Below, piece after piece: positions 23,300-34,372 of a DNA stretch of 64,000 bases. The translations under genes and the position numbers were made by a program. Below the pieces are notes generated by a model that saw only the letters and a list, made by a program, of their open reading frames with translations, did not search any database and was not told the DNA's origin. The number at the start of each line of letters is the position of its first letter. The stretch's first letter is position 1. Source of the DNA: Azolla caroliniana (lineage: Eukaryota > Plantae > Polypodiophyta); assembly GCA_043228905.1 (NCBI GenBank), contig JBHGNT010000002.1, forward strand, positions 18,910,001 through 18,974,000, read 5' to 3'.

Positions 23300-25535
23300 A
23301 AGAAACAATCTCAAAGAGTGATAAATATAAACACTTGAATGGCATGGAAGTCGATTGTGAAAGGTAACAATACTTCATGTAGAAATGCCTCTTAGAATCA
23401 CAAGAGAGCCCAAACTATAACTATAAAGGTGTTTCCCAAACAATTATTGAAAGAGGTACAAAACGAGGTGATGAACTAGGAGGATGAGCTACCGTAGAGG
23501 TTTCTGGTAATGACTATTTAAGTTGGGTCTATTATTACCATGAGTGTTTGTTTCCTTATGGCTTCAAATCTATGAACTGAGTGGATGCTAGAAACACAAG
23601 CCCCACATGATAAAGCTAAGCAATTTTTTTGCTTAACTCACAGACACATGGATTCCATGGGAATATGTTGGTCAATGTAACGTCAAATAGGATTCATGCA
23701 TAGCATGCAAAATACATTTCGCAACCAAAAGGGCATGAAAATGAACATTATAGTCCATATTGAAGAGTTTGAAAGTGTGACCATTTGTTTATTATTGTAC
23801 ATCAGTTTCAAAGCAATATTATAATTTTGAGGTTACCATTTGTGACCTCTATGTGCAATCATAATATGCTAGACTTTCTGGAGTAAAGTTTTTCTTCATG
23901 TTCTTTTAGCGTGTTTTGTTCTGTTTTAAATTCATTGTCTTTCTCTTTGCATGAATGCATATTGTCATACTTAAATTCATTTTATGAATTTGATATCATT
24001 AAACAAATGTACTTAAAAGTGTTTAATGCACGTATGCTTGTGAATACCAATATAATATTGAGATTTTAACTCAGTTTACAATTTTAAACCTTGGAATTGT
24101 GTATGCACTCTAACATCATTGGATGGAGAAAAACAATAGTAAGAATGAAATCACCATGACCATTGACTAGCTAATTTACTAGCCTTGTAGCTTAAAAGAT
24201 CGAAATAAAAAAATTGCATATGAGTTAAGAAATTCAACCAACTCATTATTATTGTTTGAGAGAGGGAGAGAAAAATCTCGAGAATGTTGGATTCTAGATT
24301 CTCGTTAGTCTTCAGCCAAGATTGATTGCACAGTTTCAAGAAATAAGTCTCTAACCAAAGTAACTAATACAAACAATGTTTATCTGGTAGCCAAAGAATG
24401 GGGAGTTATGAAGCCCAGAGGATGGTGGGCATGTTTGGTGGAGATGGGTTGGCACACTGCCTTCTTCCATTTAGAGCTAATGACTTTATCTAGAGGATTA
24501 TGATTGGGGATTACCATTTGGAGATGCCTTGAGAAAGAGGAATATTGCTGGTGGGATATGTCTCTATTTATGAAAAGCCAAGATATTCTAGTTTTCCAAA
24601 AACCTAGGGGGGGGGAGAGAAGTATTTCATGCTAAAATTGTATGTCAAATGCTTGAAGAGCTTGAAGAGCGGTTTTTCATGCTAAGTTTGTATTTAAAAA
24701 TGTAACCCCTTAAAAAGTTGAGTGGTTGTCATTGGGATAACAAGTGCACATAATAAGCATTCGGTTCATATATAAACTTACAAAGGACAAATCACACTAG
24801 GAAACAAACTGTATAAGACAAAGCATTTACAAATTTGACATATGAATGCACTATTCTTCAACATGGATAATGACAAATTGCGACGAGACAAAGACACCAA
24901 AAGTCATTCCTCATGGCCAAGTGTGCACAAAATATACAATATACTAATGTATGGATGCACATGCGCATAATTACCGAACAAGCAATGTATTATACTCACA
25001 CACGCAACAACACATGCACACACACACACACAAAATAACAAGATTGATACGTATTTGAGTATTATTGTACATATACATACACGTATATACATCATGATGT
25101 AAAAGATAAATGTGGGGTATATAGCAGGACGAGGACACACATTAACACACAAGCCCCAAAGTAGATGTGTTTCCTATATGTATATAGACACTCTACAAAT
25201 ACAGGTAAGGTATGCTAGTAGGCGCAAAATGCACATAAACGCACGCACAGAGAGAGAGAGAGAGAAAGAGAGAGATGAATAGTGTGCATAAGATGGCGAA
25301 ACCTCGGATGTGAGGAGGTGAAAACTCGAGGAATCGGAGAATCACGACAAGGTGGACACCCACTCCCACCCATATATTTTAGTGCTTTATAGTAAAAACA
25401 CACAACTATACATACATTATTACAAATTTACATATATATACTCCTTCCCTCCCAAAATATCTTTTTTCAATATCTGTTTTTTCATTCGGCGTAAGTGTTA
25501 CCGGCACCTGCCGGTAAACCGGTGCATCCGCCCCA

Positions 25536-25644
25536 TATAAAAACCAAACCTGTCTCACCCCTCCATTCCTCTGTCTCTGTGTTGGTTGCTTCCAAATTCA
25601 TACATACATACGTTTTTGATTTTCGATCCGCCCTCTCTTACCAG
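25536..25644 (+). promoter_or_regulatory. Putative TATA box and non-coding first exon of the WUN1-like gene
   Basis: TATAAAA at 25536; pyrimidine-rich, ATG-free leader; donor CAG|GTTTGA at 25644/25645. Confidence 0.55.
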
Positions 25645-26404
25645 GTTTGATCATTTCTCTGATTCTCTGCACAATCGTCTTTCTTCTTCGTTATCTTGTG
25701 GTGCGTAATTGTGGCCCTGTTTTAGCGGGTTTAGACCTCCAAATTTGTCTCGCCATGGCATTTCTTGCCCATGGAATCTTTAGCCTGGCGCGGCGGATTC
25801 CGATTCATTCCTTGCTTGGGATTTTCTATTATTAATGTCCATGCCTTATTTCTTGTCACGCCGTCTCCTCTTTGAATTTTGGACCGTCTGTTTGCTTCCT
25901 TCCAATTTCTTTTTCCCCTTTTTTGTTTGCTTTATTCTCTGATACGCAAAATGATTGCTTCGATGCTTTCTGTCTTCATCGGAGCGTGTTATTACAATGA
26001 GAGGCATCGGATTCTCTTCGGAGATGGGGGTAGCTCTCCACTCATCACATGGATATAATCATTTTTTTACCCCCGTCTTTTGTATTACTGTACATGATGA
26101 TAGAAAGAAGCAATCGCTTAGCATTTATATCACACATTATTGCTGGATGGTTGCGGTTGCCCAATCTCTCCCCTTTTCTCAAACATTGTGCTGTTGAGCA
26201 CAGAACTGTGATCATTTTGTCTCAATAATCACAATTCATTCAAGAGCAGATTACAAAATCGCAATCATTGACTACAAGTTTGCAATCTTAATTTAAACTG
26301 AAATGCTTTAATGCCCATAAAGGAAGAACTCCTATAATCCAACTAATAGCTTACTTAGAGTCATATAACTACGGATGGATTAACATATTCTCTTCGTTTG
26401 TTGA

Positions 26405-26629
26405 ATCGATAAGCTAGGCTTTGTGTAGTCATTAATGGATGATATAATTGACATATGACTAATTTGGATGGGATTCTGAAATTTTGTGTTTTATTAGGTC
26501 AAACCGTGTTCAATTCGATAGTTAGGCTTTTTGTAGTCCATTAATTATGGATGATTAATTGACATATGACTAATTTGGACCTGGGATTCTGAAATTTTGT
26601 GTGATTAGGTCAAACCGTGTTCAATTCGA
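26405..26629 (+). repeat. About 111-bp tandem duplication covering the branch point and 3' splice site of the WUN1-like gene
   Basis: TGACATATGACTAATTTGGA...GAAATTTTGTG..ATTAG|GTCAAACCGTGTTCAATTCGA occurs twice (AG at 26496-26497 and 26607-26608). Confidence 0.9.
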
Positions 26630-26630
26630 A

Positions 26631-27242
26631 CTGGCTAACTCCATCACAGACCAGAGGCATACAGCACTGGAGGAAGAGAATAGGCAAGTTGTGCTTGCCT
26701 TCTATGAAGCCCTAGCCGCGCTCGATGTAGAAGCTGTGCGGAGGTTATTGGCCTCAGACGACCTCGAGTGGCGCTTCCACGGGCCCCCCACGGACCAGTA
26801 TTTGATGCGACTGCTGACGGGACAGAGCATTGCCTCCGCAACGAACCCGGACAGCAGCCATTTCCTGTTCTGCCCCATTTCCGTGCGGGCATTCGGAGAC
26901 ACACTAGTGTTCGCAGAGGGGCATACTTCCTCTAGTCATCACAAATGCGCACACGGTGGCGACTATAAGTGCTGGGTGCATGTGTGGACAGTGAAGGCAG
27001 GCAAGATCACGCAGCTCCGTGAGTATTTCGACACATCATTGACCGTCCTGAAGCCCTCGGCTAGCTCCAATTCCTCTTCTTCTTCTTCTTCTTCTTCTTC
27101 TTCGACTACCATGAACACAGCTGATAGTTATTCCAAAAGTCTGAATAATAATAATAAGGATTCACCACCGAATTATGTGTGGCAGAGCCGGTTAGGCAAA
27201 GAGGCCGGCAAATCGATACCGTCTCTCATTCTAGCTATCTAG
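26631..27242 (+). CDS. WUN1: Wound-induced protein 1 / SAG20-like protein (NTF2/SnoaL-like fold); probable CUG start, first AUG at 26805
   Basis: Motifs ELANS, NRQVVLAFYEAL, DLEWRFHGPP..QYLMRLLTG, WVHVWTVK.GKITQLREYFDTSLTV, VWQSRL, SIPSLILAI*, all typical of the plant WUN1/WI12 family; open frame 26601..27242; poly-Ser from (TCT)n. Confidence 0.88.
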   Translation: MANSITDQRHTALEEENRQVVLAFYEALAALDVEAVRRLLASDDLEWRFHGPPTDQYLMRLLTGQSIASATNPDSSHFLFCPISVRAFGDTLVFAEGHTSSSHHKCAHGGDYKCWVHVWTVKAGKITQLREYFDTSLTVLKPSASSNSSSSSSSSSSSTTMNTADSYSKSLNNNNKDSPPNYVWQSRLGKEAGKSIPSLILAI

Positions 27243-30200
27243 AGCTCTCATTTGAGTATATATTCCTCCTTCCAGTTCCCAGCTTAAATTTAAAGTAAAA
27301 TTACTTGTTCCAAATGAATTTACATCTATATTATTATGCATACGTGTGCTCAAATATTTGGATTCAAGCAAAACAGCATCTACGCTCAAGAACCCAAAGA
27401 TCCCATTCCTCTGTGTTGAATAATATAGCTCAACTACTATATTTTTACTGTAATGATTATGTATTTGTCTGTAGAAATGGACCTTATATATGTACATATA
27501 TATGTAAATTATTAATACGAACACAAGAACTGCACGCTTCCTTGTTTTGCTTCCAATATACGCTTCTTCTGGTCCCATCGTTCAATTTGCTGCTACAGGA
27601 GTTCACTGTGTACATGTGTGTTCAATTTATCTGACAAGACAAATGATGCAAACCCTAAACATGGTAACCTACACATAGTATATATATATATATATATTAT
27701 ACAAAGGAGCACATAATGATTATGACAATGGATCTAGGGTAAATGTGATAATAAGTGAAGAGATCATGAGCTTTAGATGCAAGTAGTGATCTGCCAACCA
27801 TACATATAATTCTCGGAAGAAACTGTAAATATTTCATAATCTGAAGTCGGTTCTCAAGCACTTTGTATAGTGTGGTGTTAATTTTGTATACTGTTTTTAG
27901 TGTGATAGGCATGTCGTGGTAGTAAAGGCTCGTAAATCGTAAATTGTCTTGCTAGGCGTGAGGTCTTGCACGTCTAAACCATAGTTAACATAACAATGAT
28001 TGAATGACAACAAGTCCTTATTATGATGAATATGGTCCATGGACACGCATCATTTCTAGCTTCCCACGACATATTTGAGCTTCAAAATCCCATAAAAAAT
28101 GAAGTTTTGGATTTTTCGAATAGAATAATTGGAACCTAATAGTATCTACCTTCATTTTACATGACAGTGACATGCCATTTTTTTGGGTTCAAAATTAATG
28201 AAAAATGCCACTGAAATTACTCTTATGTAGAATTTGTCCTTGTAATGATTTCATTTCAGGATACATAATGAATACCAAGAAGTCATATGTACCAAACAAT
28301 TGAATAAATGGGATACATTAGCTTATGTCATTGTGTAGATCAACCAATAATTTTAATAGAAGTGATTGTGAGTGAGAATTCTTGCACGCATATGGACTTC
28401 TTTGGAATTCATGTTTTTGTTAGTATTTCCTATAGAAGGTTGATGTAGTATTCAACACCGAGAGTTGAAAAAAAATAGATTCTTTAATTGTTCATGGAGT
28501 TTGGCATTTTCAAATGAAATTGAATCAATCATATTGTCTTTCATTGTGTTTATTTTACTATTAAGGGCAATGCCATTTTTCCTAGACAGTTGAATCCTTA
28601 GGGTTGATGTCTAGGAGTGTTTTTGCAAATGATTAGCTTTTAGGATCTAAAACAAAAGTTATGGACGGATCTTTTGAATGCTACATCAAATTGATTACTA
28701 GAGGTTGGAACAATCTCACCAAAAGTTGCAAAGAACAATCTGAAACATGTGTATCTATAAGATGTAATTTGTATTGACATCTAACATCTCGAACCAAATG
28801 TTGAAAATTTGTGCTTTAACATGTAATGGCTTGTTTAAACTTGAATGGAATAGTTCACACTATTTAGGTTAGAGCCTTGGAGGCACTCCATAGGATTTGG
28901 AGTACAAGTTTAAAAAGCACTTGTGAATCCAAATAGAGAATGTAATGTAGCCTTCAATTATGGTTTGTTGGCTTGGAAATGTAAATCAGGACTATGCTAG
29001 TTAAGGTCAAAAGTCTAAGCATGAAAGAGTTTTGTTGAAATATGTTAAAAATGTACAACATGAAATTTGGTGAATGATAGTCTTTGAAATTGGATAGTTA
29101 CTTATTATGGTCTCCTAGATATGATCAAGCTATAAAATTGTGGCTTGTACTGTATCTCTAGACAATATAATTGTAAATTGATGCCACATATATTCATTTC
29201 CTTATCTTTAATAGAAATGGAGATTTGTAGCCTTACTGGTGAAACTATTTAGGTTTAAATCCAAAACATAAAAATAACATCCTTTTCTCTTCATGTAGGG
29301 GTTTTGTTAGAGTCTATGCAATGGAATAGGACGAGTAGAGTGTGGTGAAGGTACAAATGGATGCGAGGAATAATGTTACCACCAAAAATGCATTGTATTA
29401 TATGCCTGAAACCCAACATAATAAGGCTACAACATGATTTAAATAGAAACGAGACAATTGTTTTACAAATTTATAAGGTTTCACATAAAATATTACAAAT
29501 TGAATATTCATTTTTACTCGATAAAACTCATAAGTTTTTTTATAGAATTATTACTGCAGAGGTTATATATACTCAAAAAAATTATGTAATAGCCTCATCA
29601 GAATTTATCCTAATGGTACATCCATCGTCGTCGCTTAAGGTTCCAAACACAACGCGTGCTCTGAAACACTCATCCACTCTCGGGGCACATTTTTCTCTTT
29701 CGTGCTATCAACCTTATCCTTGGCCATTGTTTCATGGCAAGATGAGAAAGTAGCTTGTTCCACAGCTTCTCTTCTGGTATTGTCGGCATACCATACTTGG
29801 GCCTTCATATGAGTCGCTTCATCTACACAAGCTTTGACTATGCTTGTCTCTTCATCCCTAGAGATTTCGAACACAATGCATGCTCTAAAACACTCATCCA
29901 CTCTTGGGGTGGCGTTTTAGCCTTTATATTATTGGCCTCATCCTTGGCTATCGTTTTGTCACAAGATGAGAAGGTAGCTTGTTCCGCACCTCCTCCTGTG
30001 GTACCATTGTTCGCATTTTTCAGGAGGTGAATTCCTCCTCATCCACTCTTTGCCTTGGTTTTGGTTCCATTGTAGGCTTCACTTCAACTTCGACTTGTCC
30101 CTTTAAGCTCTCATATGCGTCCATTATGAAGGCTTCCATGTCGAGTATTCTCATACTTTTTCACGTTGAGTTTTCTTCCTTACGTGGCAGTGGGTTGACC

Positions 30201-30290
30201 CATCTCGACCTCCTTCAACCATCAATACTGGGTTTTATCTTCGCGGATGAGATTCCTATATTCCTTCTATCATGTTGTTTGCATACTCTT

Positions 30291-30337
30291 TGTAAAGAAT
30301 CAGATGGATTTTGTGCAGTGGAAGAACTCTGTGTGTG

Positions 30338-30398
<61 letters not shown>

Positions 30399-30681
30399 CA
30401 CGATTACAGAAAATCAGAAAATTGTATTACCAAGGAAGCAAGAATAACGAACAGTTACAAAGAGAAGGAGAAGGTGCTTATGTAGTCACCTTCTCTCTAA
30501 GTTCTCTCACTAGTACCGCCTCTTGGGAAAGAGGTTGTGTCTTAACTACTTAAAGAATATGTGTCATAGGACATTAACTTCTATTGCACACTAGTTACTA
30601 TACAAGGAGGTGGGGTGTTCACACACTTGAGTATCCTAGAGTGTGTTCCCACTCACGGGAAGTTGAGTTTGATTCTCAACA
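30291..30681 (-). repeat. 3' LTR of copia G, containing (GT)n(GA)n
   Basis: TG..CA termini, adjacent PPT, homologous to the J LTR. Confidence 0.85.
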
Positions 30682-31534
30682 CGCCCCTTCAAGCACAACT
30701 TCCGATCGTCGGATCGTTGGTTCGGATTGGTCTTCGGGAGTATAGTCCTACTCCTTACTCCCCCTCAACCTCGGTTGGTCGATGGTCGAAAGACCCAGGT
30801 CGGCCGTGAACTGCCGCAACTTGTCAACTCCCAGGGCCTTGGTGAAGATGTCGGTCATCTACAAGTTTGTGCTGATATGTTGCAGGTCGACATCCCCGGC
30901 CAGAACATGCTCTTGGATGAAGTGATAGTGCACTTTGATGTGCTTAGTCCGAGCATGGAAGACTGGGTTCCGAGTGAGGTGGATACTGCTCATGTTGTCG
31001 CAGTAGAGGAAAATTGGATCCTTGATGGGAACGCCCAAATCCTTCAAGATTCTCTTAAATTAGCCAAATGGCTTCATATGCGGCTATGGCCGCGCCCCTG
31101 TATTCAACTTCGATGCTCGACAGTGCGACCGTCGGCTGTTTCTTACTGCTCCACGATATGGAACCACTGCCGAGAGAAAAAACAAATCCGGATGTCGATC
31201 ATTGGTCAGCTTTGTAGCCGGCCCAATTAGCATCGGTATAACCTTCGAGTCGGATCGGTGTGGCCGATTTGTACAAGATTTTGAAATCCATGGTTCCACT
31301 CACATACCTTAGCACTTGCTTAGCACAGTCGAGTTGGATGTCTCGTGGAGTTTGCATGAACTGGCTAAGAAGGCCGACCGGGTAATTCAAGTCAGGTCGG
31401 GTAATTGTGAGGTAGATGAGGCTTTCGAGTAGTTGACGATGGTGAGTTGGCTCACACTCTCTAGTGCCTGAGTTGACATCTAGCTTTAGATTTTGATTGA
31501 GAGGGGTAGTGACAGGCTTACATTGTGTCATCTT

Positions 31535-32231
31535 TGACAAGAACTGCACGCTCCCTATGCGCAATGCTCGGCCACAACCGAACTTAGAATCAAACACAAA
31601 AAAAAAACGGGGAATGAATACACGACACAAAGGAGAGAAGAGTACACAGGATGTTTACGTGGAAAACCTAAACTAGGGGAAAAACCACGGTAGCCCACAG
31701 ACTGCGAACTATCACTATATCACAATGATTACAACTGTGAGCTCACGGAGGCAACGACCTCATGCTCACGATCTTCGCCACAGGCGGCGGTTACAACAGA
31801 GGCAACGACCTCTTCGTTTCTTTCTCTCTCTCTCTCTCTCTGTACACTGTTGCGCTCTAATCTTGCGCCAACAAGAATGACAACAACTCTCATAATAAGT
31901 TTGCCCTAAGTCATATTTATACTAATATGACTTTTCGGCTATTTACAAATATATCCCCGATGGACTCTCAGAAAACATATTTACGAATATGTCCCTTCAT
32001 CCAGTGAGCACTCCTCACCGGCCTTGCATCATCCGGTGCTTGTCGGGCACTCATCATCTGGTTCTCACTTGGTCTTCCGTTTCCGGGTACTCCTCATCCG
32101 GTTCTCACCGGGTCTTCCGTTGCCGAGTACTCCTCATCCGGTTCTCACCGGGTCTTCCGTTTCCAGGTACTCCTCATTCGGTTCTCACTGGGTCTTCTCA
32201 CTTCCCATCCGGAGGGACCTGTTTCCTAACA
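31535..32231 (-). repeat. 3' LTR of F (four 40-bp tandem units at 32045-32197)
   Basis: Direct repeat of 39399-40145. Confidence 0.95.
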
Positions 32232-34372
32232 AACTCCCCCTTTACTCCGGCATGGGATGTCTTACTAGTCCGACCCTCTTCCGACATGCATCCAGCTTGT
32301 CAGGTGTCAGTACTTTGGTCAACATATCTGACCCGTTCTCGGCCGTGTGGATCTTCGTCAGCGCGAACTCCTGGTCATCTACTCTTTCCTGGATCCAGTG
32401 ATACCTACGCTGGATATGCTTCATCCGGGAATGGTAGGCCGCATTCTTAGCAAGGTGGATGGCACTTTGACTGTCGCAATAGAGCCGATATTCATCTTGT
32501 CGGATACCGAGCTCTCCGACAAAGTTCTTCATCCATAATATTTCCTTATCGGCTTCCACAACCGCCATGTACTCCGCCTCCGTGGTTGACAACGCAACCG
32601 TCTTCTGCAGCCTCGACTGCCACGAAACAGCTCCCCCTGCATATGTCATTACATACCCGGATGTAGACCGGCTGGTATCCACATCAGCCGACATGTCCGA
32701 ATCTTTAAAACCGTCAAGTTGAGGTTTACCAGAGCCGAATCGGAGACACATATTTGAAGTGCCCTTCAAGTACCGGAGTATCCATTTGACCGCGTTTCAG
32801 TGCTCCTTGCCGGGACTGCTCATAAACCGGCTCACCACTTTGATTGTGTATCCTATATCCGGTCGGGTACACACCATTGCGTACATTAAGCTCCCGACGG
32901 CAGAGGCATATGGAACCTTCATCATATCAGCCTTCTCTGCTTTCGTCTTCGGGCTTTGCTTACTAGATAATCTGCAGTTTGCCGGGAGTGTCGATCCGAC
33001 CGGTTTTGCTTCTAACATGTTGAACCGCTAAAGCACCTTTGTCACGTACTTCTCCTGTGACAGCCACAATTGCTTCGTTGGCCGGTTCCGGATAATATGC
33101 ATCCCCAACATCTGTCTTGCCGGACCCAAGTCTTTCATTGAGAATGTCCGGTTGAGAGCCTTCTTCAGCATCCGTATTTTGGCTTGGTCCCGTCCGACGA
33201 TCAACATGTCGTCTGCGTACAGAAGGAGTATCAGGAAGTTGCCTCCTTCGAATTTCTTCACAAACACACAATGATCGGCCTGCGTCTTGTGGTACCCTTG
33301 ATTGGTCATGAAGGAGTCGAACTTCCGGTACCATTGTCGGGGAGCCTGCTTCAGTCCGTACAGGCTCTTCTTCAACCGGCAAACCAAGTGCTCATTCCCT
33401 TTCTCCGTGAATCCTTCCGGTTGCTGCATGTAGATCTCCTCTTCGAGGTCACCGTGAAGGAATGTCGTCTTCACGTCCAGCTACTCTACCTCGAGGTCCA
33501 TGCTTGCCGTTATACTCAGCACTGTCTAGATGGAGGTCATCTTTACTACCAGGGCAAATATCTCGTCGAAGTCCATGCCTTTCTTTTGTTGGAACCCCTT
33601 CACCACGATCCTGGCTTTGTATCTCGGAGGGTTGCCAGCATCTCCCGGTTTCAACTTGTACACCCACTTGTTTTCGAGTGCCCGCTTTCCTTTCGTCAAC
33701 TCCACCAATTCGTACGTATGGTTCTCATGCAGGGAATCCATCTCATCCTGCATGGCGCTTAACCATTTTCGGCTGTGGGTGTCATCCTTCGCTTCTTCGA
33801 AGCTTTCTGGCTCCCCCTCATCGGTCAGCAGCACATGCTCTGCATCCGGAAATCTCCGGGGGGGCCTTCTCTCTCTTAGAGGATATCTCCGTCTCTGAGC
33901 TTCGGTAACCGGCTCCTCCATTTGCTCTTCATCCGAATCTGATACGGGGTCTTTTGCCGGTTCGATATCCTCACCGTAGCCGGCTGGTTCCTCGAGTGCT
34001 AACTGGTCTCTTGCCGGTTGGGTCTGCTCATCGTAGAGTCGATCCTTACCGGTCGACTCGGAGTTCATTATCTTCTTCTCCGACTCCCAATCGGTGAACG
34101 TCTTGTCCTCCATGAAGATAATATCTCGACTCCAGAATACCTTCTTGTCGACCAGGTCCCACACTCGGTAGCCGAACTCATCGTCGCCGTAACCGAGGAA
34201 TATGCATGGCCGGGTCTTCAGATCTAGTTTTCCTCTCCGGTCCTTAGCTACATGCACACACGCAAGACACCCGAATACCTTCAGATGCCGGTAGGACACT
34301 TCCTTACCGGTCCAGACTCTCTGTGGCGTGTCTCCGTCCAAGGGTACTGAGGGTGATCTGTTTATCACATAT

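Noticed and set aside
25997-26030. Upstream ATG exon (MRGIGFSSEMG) for the WUN1-like gene
   Set aside because: Its nearest GT (26030) is phase 0 but the acceptor at 26608 needs phase 2; no family similarity
26601-26603. GTG start given by the ORF track
   Set aside because: Lies inside the T-rich tract upstream of the 3' splice site
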